Origin: Nageia nagi
Lineage: Eukaryota; Plantae; Pinophyta
Reading direction: 5' to 3'
Length of the DNA stretch: 64,000 bases
NCBI GenBank assembly: GCA_050084985.1
Contig: JBITNC010000001.1
Location: 116,250,001 to 116,314,000 of the forward strand
Numbering within the stretch: the first letter of the stretch is position 1; every line of letters begins with the position of its first letter. The position numbers and the translations under genes are program-made. Of this stretch, positions 13,231 to 27,000 are shown piece after piece. The notes under the pieces are model-generated. The model searched no databases. It worked only from the letters and a program-made list of their open reading frames with translations, and was not told the origin of the DNA.

Positions 13231-13744
13231 GTTTGAAGATATCCATATTCAGATACATCAGGTCATTATTTTTGATCATGAAAAACATTTGATTAAATCC
13301 TTATCATCTTTTGTGGTTCCTCCTCTATAGGCTTTATAGTTCCGTCCTTGATCTATGGAATGATTATCTTCATTCACCTATATTAATGATGGGTCCCACA
13401 TATTGGAGCATAATGTAATTTTAAAAATCTAGATGGAAGTCAACCCAATTTAAGAAGATTGTCATCTATAGCCATTGACATCTATCCTTCATGCACCATG
13501 TAGGATGGCACATAAATAGTACATCATTAGACAAATACAACGGTTGATAATAAACATATATAACTAAAATTACTATGCCTCACGAGATCACATAATCACA
13601 TTTCTCACAACACAAACTACTGTCTATACTATGATCACATAACAAAGTACTCAAGGTGTGCACAATGGATGGGCATAAAATATATTGGCAAAAACATATC
13701 GACAATTCATAGACGCTGACAATGTACAATGCAATAAAGTCCTA

Positions 13745-14580
13745 CAAGCATCTCTGCTGAATCGACCTCTGAAGGTTAATTACCTAAGATAATCTTTCAT
13801 GGAAAGAGATTTGGGTAGTAGCATCCTGATACAAAACCAGTCATATGTGCAAATTTCTCCTGCAGTCCTAGTGCTCTCATCAGTCTGTCAATAAAAGCCC
13901 ATTTAATTCTATTTTAAGTTTTCTCAAAGGTCGGTTAAAACCATGACTGCCTCTTAGCTTGTGGTTTTGGACCAATGTGTTCTTTGCCCACTTGCCAGCG
14001 TACTATCCTATATATATCTTCCATCCACAAGGCCTGTTTGCAACTCTTGTACTGAGGAAGGATTTTATTAAGTCTTAGAGCTAGAACTTAAGCCAGTCGC
14101 TTATAAGAGACAGTCAGCAAAGTCACGGGCCTTCAATTCTTAACATGCATTTTAGTTCCTTGCTGAGGAATGAGTTTACCTAACACTATATTTATGTTCA
14201 TTCTTCGTGTGGCTTCTTGAAAGGCTTCATTGTACATATAGGGCACATGTTGAGCAAAAAAGCTCCAAGTTCTTTTTATAAAAGCTTCATGGGAAACCAT
14301 CAGTATGTGTAGATTTCCATCCTTCATTGAACTAGTCGAAGCTTGGGTATCTCTCAGTCAATTCCACTATGTACAATCTGTGCCTCTGCTTGAGAAAGCA
14401 TCCTAAGGACCGTCTAGTTCTCATTTGCAACTTAGCCTCTGTATCATGACTAGAGTTGAGAGGAAAACACATCTGTAAAGCTTTGAAAAAGCAATCATAA
14501 TAACTTTTCATCCTTCTGTGACATCTTCCCCTCCTGAAGAATAGGTCTGATTCTCTCCTTAGCCTGATTTTTCTCTAAAA
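13745..14580 (-). mobile_element. Decayed L1 LINE reverse-transcriptase fragment
   Basis: Reads KLIPQQG...KN*RPVTLLTVSYKRLA*VLALRLNKILP ... FEK..NRIKWAFIDRLM..LG ... LQRSIQQRC, with frameshifts. Confidence 0.75.
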
Positions 14581-15032
14581 TATTGAAATGCACTATGGCA
14601 CCCTCTTCCCCCTCTATAAGCTACATATTCCTGGATCCGACTCTACCCACGTTTTATAGATTACCTTTATGCAGATATGACATTTGCCACATCTGGGGTT
14701 TTGAATATTTATATAGATGTTATCTTTGTTTAACACAAAATGTTAGTTTTTTGCAATGTTTTGCATTTTCTCATAACCAGTTATATGGAATAATATGCTA
14801 CAATATTTAAAAATTTCATTTGTGGAATCATGCGGCTGTCATGAATTTCTTTATTTGAGTATTTGTTTAAAAAGAATCAGTTCTAGAGATTATAAAAGGC
14901 CATAAGATTTCGATGACTTCAGTCCTAAAAAAATCTGAATTCTGATCATGAATTTGTATAGAATATGCATGAGATTAAAAATTTGTATACATTTCCCTAT
15001 ACTTGCATGTTGATACAGAGTGCATGTAACAG

Positions 15033-18000
15033 ACTTTTACAATTGGAATCGAGTCAAAGTTCGATACTGTGATGGAGCCTCATATTCGGGAGATGTAAAG
15101 GATGAAAATAAGGTGGCTGCATTCTAGAGATTTTCATGTTCTTATTGTCCATATGTCTCAAAGCAGTATGTAGAGCATATAAACTGGCATCTTTGCCAAA
15201 TTGGATTCAGAAAATTGAAATTCTCTAGTCTTTAGTCCTTCTATGCTTAAGTTCTAGAGAAGGAATCCCTTTTCTTTCTTACAAGAACAAATGATGTTGA
15301 TTTGAGCTTTAGGAGTCTTGTGCAGAACACCAAAACTGCTACTCGTATGCATGCATTTCTAGTTTAAGCTTGTTTTGTGATGTCATTCATGCAGTAAAAC
15401 TTTTTTTTCATTAGTTGGTAATAACGTATTCAAATCAGATATTCTTGATTATAAAAATAATAACAAAGCAAGTCTCAAAATGGCAAACCCTAACATCTGT
15501 TTTCCAATTTTCAACCAAGCAATTTTTCTTGGAAACAAATACTAACAATCTTATAACTTTGGAAAAAAAGAGGAAGAGACAGATCATGATTGTGACTAAT
15601 ACTAAAAACAACTTCAAAGTGAAACTAGAATATCTACCCTACAACTCAGAATCATTGAACTCATAACGAAGCCAAGTCCATCTACAACAATTGAACATAG
15701 TAACAAGACAACTGAAGCCCTTCAAGGTTCCATCCAAACTAAAGACTTACATCCACACACACTTGTACTTTCTGATCCAACCAAACTATGCCAAGGCTTA
15801 GGAAAACCCTAGTCCTCCAGCCAAACATAGAATTAACTGTCAAATATATATGACTCTTAACCATTAAATCAATAACCTTTAGGACAACAAGAAACAATAA
15901 CCTTTACCACAACAAGAAACAACTATGCCTTCAATAGAAATAAAATACAGTTCGGTACATGATGCTGAGAAAATACTCATGATTAACTCATATTTTGTTG
16001 TAGATTGTAAATCAATTTAATAGGTGAATAGTAGCCAGCAATTTTCACAATAAATACTCATCCTTTTGAATTGAAGTGCAAAGCTTACTCATAAATCATG
16101 TTGGTATCATAAAAGAAATCAGATCATTCTACAAGAAACTAGTACTAATAATTATTAAGAAAGAGATCATTTTACATAAATGACCATAATAGTTCAACAT
16201 GACAATTAAAAGCCAAGTACGCAATTTCTATATTTTTTGCATATTTATGTTAAATTAGATTGCGTTTTTGTGTGTTCGATATTATTGCATCTTAGAATAT
16301 CATCTCTCCTAGAAGGCTCATGATTTGGGGCACATAGTCTTAGAACATGGGCCAGGACACTCGGTTCTATAATGCTAGTGCTTTGGGACCAAGCATCCTA
16401 GAATGTCAATGTTTTGGACCCACATACATTTTCTATTTTATCTCTTGAAAAAATTGCAAAAAGATCAATTGTATGCCCAAACTTTGTATGTGTAATGCAT
16501 AAGTCATTGTTTGAAATATCATTCCTAAGTTTATCACATTTTGTCTTTCAAAATCAAATCTGAAAAATGTCATTTTAGCATCTATCATTTCGGACATGGC
16601 ATTTTTGCATTAAGCATGTCTGAAACTAAATATTTGCATTATCAATTATGCAATTATCATTATGAAATCATATCAGAATTTTCTTGATTTAATGCATCCC
16701 AAAATAATGTTTCTGAGAATGCTCATGCTTTGGGGCACACTGTACTAGAAAGCCAACACTACAGGACACCTTATCTTAGAATGCCAACGTTTTGGACCTA
16801 GGCGTCTGTTCTGTGACATGTTTAAAAAAAATCTGACAATTGTTGATAATTTGGTTGAAATGCATATCTTTGTTCCATTTTTTCATTTATGAAAGTATCA
16901 TCTTTGTATTTTCTGTCTAAAATTATCATTGCAAGATTATCAAGTTTTACTTGTATCTCATGTTTATCTATTGCATATTGGGGTGCCTGATCATTATCAA
17001 GAAATATGTTGCCCCATGACCATTCCAAATAGGTAGCTAAGCTCTCCAATTTATCCTTGTTTTGTAGGTTTCAATCATTTTGCTTTAAACTCCATATTTC
17101 AGCTAAGGCCTTAACAAGCAACCCAAAGCAAAAAAAGAAAATCAATACCATTTGCTTCGCTTGGAAAGAGCATGATCATCCAAGCTCTTGTTTGTCCTTA
17201 CTCCTTATCAGCCATTGGGGCAAGGATAGGTCTCCATCCATATCTTGACAGGTTTGATCATTTTATGGTTTTCAAATATTTTTCTATTTTGCATAACATC
17301 TATTTTGTACGATCCTCACATGGGCAAAAGCACAAGGCTTCATCAAAATTTCTTATCCTTTGTATTCTAGGCAAGTGTTCGTCAGTTCTCTCCTTCAACC
17401 ACATCCCAAATAGGGCAAATTGTAGACATATAAATTTGCATTTTGAATATTGAAAATGTATTATTTACATGTTTTTTTTTTGTATAAAATGCTAATTTTG
17501 GATCCACTTGGGATTACTTTGAAATAAGTTAAAGTGATTTCCTCTAATTTAGCATTGTCTTTATGCATATTGTTCTAAGTGGGTCCACCTAGATGAACTA
17601 AAAATCAAATTTATGAATCTTTTATAAAGAAATCCCAAATGCTCATTCCAAATATGATGAAAAAAAAATGACAAGGCATCCAAAACATCATAAGCACTTA
17701 TCATCATCCCAGTTTATCTTCTATTATGAAAATATCATCAAGATTATCCAAGTAGTCAAAGGAGTAAAGTGCAAGCCGAATGAGTGTCTAGGTTAGAACA
17801 CCCAACGTTCCAGAACCTAGATCTGAAATGCCTTGCTTTTTGGTACGCATGCCAAGAATGCCCAACACCTAGCATCATAGGCCCAACATGCGAACGCTTT
17901 AGTATTGAGACTTGACAAGCTTCGTAGTTGAAATAGGTCATTCTAGATTGCATGCATATTAGTTCTGACATCATATTTGTAAAAATCATCTTTAGAATTA

Positions 18001-21000
18001 TCATTTTCAGAATCATCATCTCCAAATTATCTACATTGGTTACAAATAGGGTTCGTCTGTTACGATGACAAGTTGTTCACTAGCATGCTTTCAATCCCCC
18101 ATTATCTAGATAAGTTCTCTGTATCTCCTCTTGTTAATTTGCAAAACCCTAGTTTGTAGATCTCTATAATACATTCAATTATAAATCCATTTGCTTTTGT
18201 ATAGATAAATAAATATATATATTTTAATGCGTTGTTCTCATTTTTATGTCTACAAGTGGAATGGATTTCCCTTGTTGAAAGGTGGTTAACACATCATATA
18301 ATTGCTCCATATAAAAGGCACCATACAATGCATTACATGAGCAAGACATCTACCACATCCTCCCTTCACCGCTCATGGTGTTCTCTTATGAACTAAGAAA
18401 CGTCATTTCTTAGTCAAGAGTAGATTAGAGGTTATTTCAGCCCTATGTTCCAATCCCAAATCTTTCTGGTGCTCCTTTCTACCTAGGAAACATAATTTGA
18501 GCTCCATCCCCCTTCATGCTTGGAAAGTTACGCTTCTCGTATATATAGTGTTTCTAGCTATAACCCATCTCTCCTCATCACTCGTCCTCATACTACTAAC
18601 TTTTTCACCTCTCTCCTCATCCATAATGCTATCCAAAAGCTTAATTCTGGTAGAGCCCTAGACATAGAAAACCTCCAAGCCATATTCCTCAAACATGCCA
18701 AGTCCACCCTTTCCCCTTTCATCTCTTGCCTCTTCAACACTATCATTTGTTTAGGTTTCCCTTCCTCTTGGACCTCAAACATAATCTTTCCCTTCCTCTT
18801 GGACCTCAAACATATCCATCCCATCTTCAAATCTGGAGACCCTAATGAATCAAGCATCTTCAGTACAATCATAATTGGTTATAACTTGGCTAAGCTTGAC
18901 GCCACCATACTGGAGGACTATTTATCTCATATGGCAAATAGATGTGTATTTAGAGTAGGAGGTCAGGTAGTTTTCAATAGGGATTACCTTATTGCAAACC
19001 ATAGTTTCACTTTTAGAGCGATCATGGAGGAAGCCAAGTTTAAAAAATCTCCAATCTTTTGCTATTTTGAAGACTTCAGGAAAGCCTTTAACATAGTTCC
19101 TCAATACAAACTCATAAATAGACTGTGTCGTATGGGAGTCCTTGAGATCAGTAGCCATCTTGACTCTCTATGAGGTTCTCATAGGCCGTGTCCGTACGGC
19201 AAAGGGCATTTATGATATCATTCTCAGTACGATTGGGGTGAAGCAGGGATACCCTCTCTCCCCGACTCTCTTTGGTCTCTACATTGATGAGTTAAAGTCC
19301 TTTTATCTTAGAGAGCATTGAGCTTGAGATAAGTTGCCTCCTTCATGGCAGTAGGGTTCCCATCCCTCTCTTGTTGATGATATAGTACTGCTTTTACACT
19401 CAATAGAGGGTTTATAGAGCTTGTTGGAGGCCTTTGATTCTTTTAATGCTAGATAGGAGTTAGTGGTGAACCTTAGCAAGAGTAAGGTTTTGGTGTTCAA
19501 CACCTCTAAGAGCTTGATAGATCAATCGTAGTTCACCTTCCATGATAGTGTTGTTGAGATCACCTCCTCCTACACTTACTCGGGAGTGCTCTTATCGAGC
19601 ACCAACTTCTCCATGAGAGCAATAACCCCACCTTAAGTTCATAGTGATTACGTGGCGATCTCTATTTGTAGACCTTAAATTGTGTAAAATACGAATATAC
19701 ACAATAAATAAAATGATCTACAATATAAGAAGAGCTAGATATGTACACTATATCAAATACAACAATAATACATGAAAAGCATGCACCTGATTATTGATAT
19801 GAAGTGTTTATGCAATCCTCAATAGCAAATGGCAATGGATCTTTAGAGGATTGGGACTGGATTGGAGGCAAGCTTGCAATGGATCTTTGTATGTATGGAT
19901 CAATAGCCTTTGCCACCTAAATCTGAAACCCTCGATCCTCAAGATGCACACGGTTAGCAACATTGAATATGAAGAATTATGGAGTGCGTAAAAGATAGAA
20001 AGTTTCAGAGTTCAGAGTATAACAATTTCTCATAATAGGTGGCATCTAAAGACACCATTGATTGATGAAGATTGCGGGAGACAACCACCTATCAGAGATC
20101 TTATCATATCAAAGAGTTCCGATTTGTGGGGGTCAACCTATTCCACTCGTATATATAGCCTACAAAGACATGGAAAGGAGTGGAGGCCGACCTCTAACAA
20201 TAATATAAAACTTTGTTGTATTCAAGATAAATTGAAATATGAACCATAGCATATGACATTGCATTGGCCCTAGCATATTGTAATATCAACTTTATCTTGA
20301 CATTTGTAATATTACAATAAATCATTTAGGAAGTTTAAATATGATTTATTAAATAAATAATAAATCATTTTTAGGTGTCTACACTATCCTTGAGAGACAG
20401 TGTATCTAACTCTCCTTTGAGGACATTTTGTCCAAGCTTAGGCTTTTCCATGCCTTGGTGACCCCTACGATGCTTTATGGTGCTAAGGTTTGGGGACCCA
20501 GTTTAAGATCTGCGAATTGGGCTAGTGTAGAGATGGTATAGGTCAACACATTGCCCTACTCCATTCGAAGCAAGAGGATAGTTCCTCATATTATCATGCT
20601 GGCAGAGTTTGACTTCCAACCCTTTCAGGTGTTTGCAACTACCTCACTGGTCCTTTTCTTCCATCGTCTTCTCACTCTAACAAGTTGCTTTAGTGATATA
20701 GATAGAATTCCATGTAAGGCTTTATCTTCATCGATGGATCTAACAGCACAAGGATGCCATTGGTGTTGGTACTCAAAGGCATTGCATTGTTTTGGATTCT
20801 CTTTGGACAAACTAGCAGTGTTCTACTAATTCAAGGGTACTACCAACACCTCTTGAATAGCTAGCTAACAACCTGAGGTGCACTATTCCTCAAGTGTGCA
20901 CCTACATAAGTCGTGTTCTATGCCTCGCAACAGGTACCTCACTCCAAAGAATGGAATCAAGAAAGAGCAACACCCAAGCCAAGAAGAATAAATCATAATC

Positions 21001-24000
21001 GTAACATAATGATATTGTCATCCAGGAATCCTCCTTTTTAGTTCTTGCATTGGGATTGATGTAATCTCATCCAACAGTGTCCAAGGGTGACCCGTGTGCT
21101 CTCCATATACAATGCTCAAGATGAGGTGCCTTGTGATGGGTGTAATCACATCCAAGGGCCTAGAATGCCAACATTGGGTTGTGATGGACTTTCATGCGAC
21201 TTGGTATCCATGCAATCATGCTAAGAGCCTCCAACGGGAGACGTGGGTGTCTTGGGATGTCCAATTGCTCATCTAATGGTCCAATTCTACTCATGTGCCC
21301 AACGTCCAAGTGTGGGAGTCTTCCAGTGCCTCGTAGTAAGTGCCATTCCCTTGGAATCATAGTGCTCTACCTCCAATAGCTAAGAGAGGAGCTAAACTAT
21401 AACTAAGACCTATTAAATGCCATTTTACATTCATCAAGGCTTCTCATATGCAACGTCCCATATTAGGTGACTAATATTTCATTTACATTTAATAATTGCC
21501 TTGGTATCATCAATTACAACATTATTGGTATTATTACAAATAAAACCTTTTATGACCCCAAGACATACCTTGGAATCACACATTACAAATATTACTTGTT
21601 GCAAATATGAAAATACCCCTAACTAAATATAAATCAAACCTATATTAACTAGATAACAATTGCACATCCCTAGAAGAGAGATGTGGCCTTCCCAATGGTC
21701 AATTGGAAAGAGAATTCTAGATTCCTGTGCACGCGTGATATTAGAAAACTGGCTTGACAGGCGAACTTCAAAATGCCATAACTTCCTTGTTTCTTGACTA
21801 AACCATGTTGTATAACCTATCAAAACGAATGGCACAAGGTCTCTTTAGCATTTTGAGGAATTAAAATTGAGACATACATATCGAGAAGGTAATAAGGTAG
21901 CTGATATACTAGCTAATCTAGTAGCAATCCAAAATCTGGATTGCAAATGGATCTTGCCTAATGATATACAATATGACATGGTGCAGAATGTACAGGAAGA
22001 ACAACCAAATACCCTTTGATGATTATGATTATATTTAATGCTGTTTTTGTTTATGACATGGTGTTCTTAAAGCTCTATTATAGTTTATAGGTTTAATCTA
22101 TGGCTATGGTTGGCAGATACATTGAAAGAAGAACACAATGTTGATTTGTGTTTGGCGTTTTGTCTTAGGATGTATCTCCCTTCAATTTTGAAGGAATAGT
22201 TTTGCATGTTTCATATTGGTATATTAGTTGTCTATAAGAGTTCGGGCCCATTCAAAATCCATTTTTTACATTAATAAAAAAAGTCATTTTGCATTGAAAC
22301 ATATGTTAGGCATGTCATACTAATGAACAACATAATCTATGGACATGAATTATGTCAATATGTACCTATGCATGTAGGATTGTTGCCATGGTTGCATAGT
22401 CTTGGAAGTGGGGATGACAGGAGACAGGGGGATGAAGATACAACGAACACATTTTTAACAGGCGAGGGGGGACAACAATACACACACACACTAAAAATAT
22501 TAAAATTAAATATATAAAAAAAGGGCTGTCTCAACAAGGCTTGCTATGAATTGGTTTTCTTACAACATATGTATCCAAGCATTTTCACTATTATTTGCTT
22601 GCAAGGCACACAACCCTTAACTAATGGGAAATGTGATTAAAGATTATATTTATTTTACTCATGCAATTATAGATTCCCACAATGAGTCATTATATTCTAA
22701 CATTTGCAGTCATCTTTTCTTAAATTTGTTAGTTGTACGTTATTGGTTTTACTTGGGAAGTGGAAGGAACTTTTGTTATTTGAAATAAAATGAAAGAGTT
22801 GAACTTTTGTAGTCTTCTTTGCTAGCGTGTAGAATGAATAAGTTTAGGTTTTAGTTTTTACTTGTTTTCTTTTAGGTTTTAGTGTTTACTTTAGGTTTTC
22901 ATGTCAAAGGGGGGTGGAGGGGCTTCCCAACCACCTTAGTTTTCTAAAATTAAGTTAAAAAGTTTTTTTTTTTGTAATGGCACATGCCTCACTCTTGGGG
23001 ATACCTAGGCATCCCCAAAGCGTTTGAGGGATGACCCTCTCTGCTTCAACAACTCTTGGCCACTCTAGAAGCATCTCAAAGACAAGAGAGATGCTCCAGG
23101 AGTGTTTCTTGACTGGGCTGTGTTGGTATGTTTTTCTTTCCTAGTCCAAAACATGCGCAAGACTTAGAGGAAACAACGTTACTTGTTTTCGCTTGAAAGG
23201 ATTGGTTACCCTAAGCGCTCGCATGGAATATGGTCTTGAAGGCACAATAGTCAAAGATGCATGTTGTTAACTGTATACAAGGGAAATACAATGCCGAAGT
23301 TCTTTTCCAAAATAAGGAAAGACTACAAATGTGAATGAAAGCGAAGAAAGATCACAAATGCAGGGAAAAACACAGGGATAAATGCAAAGGAATACAGGGA
23401 AAGATGAACTTATGATATCACCAGTGATGCAGTGTCTCGGTAGGTCATCTTCAGATTCTTTAAAGTCAATTTACTCACTATCAAGCCGGGCAACAAATAG
23501 TGAAATGCGCTCAAATCACTACCAGACGAGAGCAAGAAGCTGTAGGGTCTTGGTGGAAGACTTGGTGGGGAGAAATAAATGAAGTGAGGGTGTGAGCACA
23601 AGAACCTAACCGAATGGTATAAAGACAAGCTATGAGCCTCAGAATACATCCACTTACGTGCAAACCATGCAAAGAACAACTCAAACCACTTCAATGAATA
23701 TTCAATATGCAACTCCAAGAGGAAAGTTATTCAAGTATGCACGATCCCACAAATGATATCCTTCACAGTATTAACTTTATAATCTCATTCCACAAAAGAA
23801 ATACATTCATAATGATATCCAATGAATAACATGCACATAACCCCTTGTACAGCAAACCTCTATTCAACGGAATGTAAAAGCTTTAGGATGTAATAAACTC
23901 AAAAATCTTACACATGTAAATGAAACCAGCATTTCAGAACATAAGATCTCCAATATGCAATACTTGTATTAAATGTAGAGTCTCACATGTGTAAATATGC

Positions 24001-27000
24001 ATAATATTCTCAACATCATGTAGTATTCCAAATGCAAAATCCTAGATGCAAAATCTCCTTCTAAATGGCCAGGATGGGGTATAAATAGGCCACTAGATGT
24101 GTTTCCCTAAAGGCATCAAATCTGATATGGTGTGCACACACGCAATTCACATACCGATACAAAATTAGATTGTTCTCATGAAACAATGCAAGTGGCATTT
24201 AAAGGTCTGACAAAATATAAATGCCACTACCAAAATGCATTTAATCTACTTCTAAAACTACTCAAAAGCAAATCAGATATGCAATAAAGGGTCTGACACC
24301 TGAATCGGTGAGAGCAAAACCTCATCCTTGCATCGATCAGAGTTATAAATGAGTTTGACAGATTTGACTTGGCGGGAGCAAAAACTTATCCCTACACTAG
24401 TCAAATCAAGTGAATAGAGTTTGACATAACAACCACCATCAAATATGCATTCAAACAAAAGAAAAGATACCGCAAACAAAATCTTCAGGTGTATCATACC
24501 TAGACTAGATTTGATCCGATACTAGCGGAGTTCCACTCCTCGTTGGTGAGACCGTATGACTCAATGGTCTCCTCCAAGAACGCCACAGTCTTCCGTACGC
24601 CCCTAGTAATCATACCAATAGTGCTACCCTTCTGCGGAAAGTAGTCCTCTATCTTCTTTGATGTGGCCTGCATCTAGTGTCTCTAGATGACCATTCGCCT
24701 TTCATGGACGATAAGATGCCTTGCCTTTAGCAAACTGAGGTCATCGATATCTAAATGCTCCTATATCAGGTTCTGAGCCTCTGCCAATACTGCTTCCTTC
24801 TTTCTCACACTGTTGTCCTCCCCTTGAAACTTGAGTTGATAGGCATATTCACTCATTTGTTCTTCGACCTCCTTTCTCAAGGGGATTCTGATCTTCAGGA
24901 ATGCGTTGCACTTTTCAAGTGCATGATTCAGCCAATCGTGGTGGTATGTGAACTCGTGGCAATAGACTAGCTTCTCAAGATTGTCAGTGTAAACATGTTG
25001 CAAATGGGAAACGTTGGGAAGATGGCTATTCAATGTATTGAGGTGTGCGGAGATTTGCATCTTAAGGTCCCTGATTTCCACACCTTCAACAAGGAGCTTG
25101 TAAATTCGAGAAGACAATCTCTCGATAGCCTCCGTCATTTCTTTCTTTAGGTGCTCCTTCATCAATTCCCATTCCTCATGGAAGGAGGTCTGCTTCTGCA
25201 AATCTAAGGGGGTGGTGCTGACCTTTTGGAACTCCTTAATGATCTTCCTACTGGCCGTGAGTTCCCTTTTTAGCCTCTTCACTTCCTTCTTGGCTTCGTA
25301 GCTCTCCTGCTCCATGATTGCAGTATTTTGAGTAACTATATGTTTTCGGGCTTTCAATCCTAACTTCACAGGCATCTTGAATGTTTCGATGACATAATCT
25401 TCTGCTCTCTGAGGATGTTTCTCCTTTGAATAACAATGGTTGATGGAGATTTCCTTTCGGGAGGTGGAGACAAATGTATCAACCCTTCGAATCTTTTCAC
25501 CATCCAAAAGCTCCTCTTCCTCATCTTCAGAGTGTAGATCCTGGTCTATATCTTCATCCTAAGCCATACTCATCTTGAGGGCTCTAAGGCAGGCATCTAG
25601 GTCAAGATTCGGATGCTCGGTTGCTAGTTGGGGAGGAAACCTCTGTACCAACAATTATCCTTTGTTGATCTTCTTGACCTCTTTCGTTGGAGTGGTCTTA
25701 GGGTAATCTTCTTACCTTGGTGCTCTTCCTGCCTTCTCTTCTTCTTTTGTTCCTCAGTCTTTCCTTCGTCCTCTTCATCTCCGCCATCACCACTTATAGA
25801 TATGCCATTGCATGGTTGAGGAGACCTCTCATGGCTCGTTCTCTTTGTAGAGGATTTATGTGAAGAGGAAGGGGACTTCTTCCTATGCTCGACAGGGGAG
25901 GGTTTGGAGGTTCCCACCTCTCTAGCACACCTATCTCCAATGATCTGGACCTCATCATCATCATAGGTCCCAACGTTCACTATCTCATTGTCATCTGCAA
26001 GAGTTTCAATCTCCATCTCATCGGGTGCAGAGTCACCTATAGCTACATCTTGCTCAGGGACAACGGTAGCATCATCATCATCATCTTTTTCCTCTTCTTC
26101 TTCTCTTCCACCACGGCTTTCCGACTCTTCTTCGGAGTCTTCCATTGTACGGTCAAGCTCTTCATCAGTCTCTTCATCGGAAGAGGAAGTGGAGTGTTCA
26201 GAACTAGATCTAGAACTTGGTTGCAAGGGGGGACTTTTTCTCTTCATCCAGGAGAATGAGTGAGCCTAGAAGGGACCTCTTCCGTGGGTGAATCACTGGC
26301 ACAAGCCTCATCCACTACATCATCCAACACATATGAGGGAATAGTGCGATAGCCAGCATCCTTGAGATCAACAATCACCATGTTACTCTTGCTAGGGCCT
26401 GGAATGTGTTCTCTTGGAGTTTCTTGCCTCTTTCCAATGGGAAGCAAGGGTACCTTAGCTGGCGGAGGTGCAACACGAACTGGAGGAGGGGATGGCCTAA
26501 TCCCAAGAGGGACCTCTTGTGATCTAGATCTAATGGTTTGGGTTCTCTGAGGTGGTTTTGCTATTTGGAGGGGCGCCTTTTTCCTGCTCAAAAGTGCATC
26601 TACCTTTGCAATCTTCTCCTCATCCTGCACGTTTTTGTACTTCTCCACACTCCCCAAAGACTTATGTGGAAATGCAATAGGTTTGTGGAATGCAGTGCTG
26701 TAGAAATGTGCGATTATGCCCCTAGGATCATAGTTTCTTGCAACTGCCTACTTGGAAAAGACATACTGCTGCAGCTCCTTCATATTGGCTGCCTCAACCC
26801 ATGTCTGACACACATACCTTGCAATTGAGATTGGCAAGTATATGGTCGCATTCTTCTTCTTTTAGATTTTTTCTTTCAAGAACAAAAGTTGTCTGACAAA
26901 TTCCATGAGGTTAAGCCTATCACTGGTGTATCTTGGCAAGAGTAGGGGTCGTTCCTCTGAACCATAGAATTTGATGAATGTATGGCCACTGTTCTGCAGG

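Larger units (their letters stand above)
8170..13480 (-). mobile_element. Decayed Gypsy gag/protease remnant split by the hAT insertion (parts ~8170-9294 and 13231-~13480)
   Basis: The - strand at ~9045-9095 reads DFPSQAQYDVLLGHDWMR (retropepsin C-terminal motif), and VIDT..VNVL lies next to the hAT TSD. Confidence 0.55.

Noticed and set aside
1-15032. Upstream PAE exon (GGGWC...NP), and likewise downstream exons after 47011
   Set aside because: Searched by eye and not found; presumed to lie outside the window.
17060-17450. Ulp1-like peptidase remnant (..[14 protein letters not shown]..) within the 16250-18250 repeat
   Set aside because: Too degenerate to support by eye; a translated profile search is needed.
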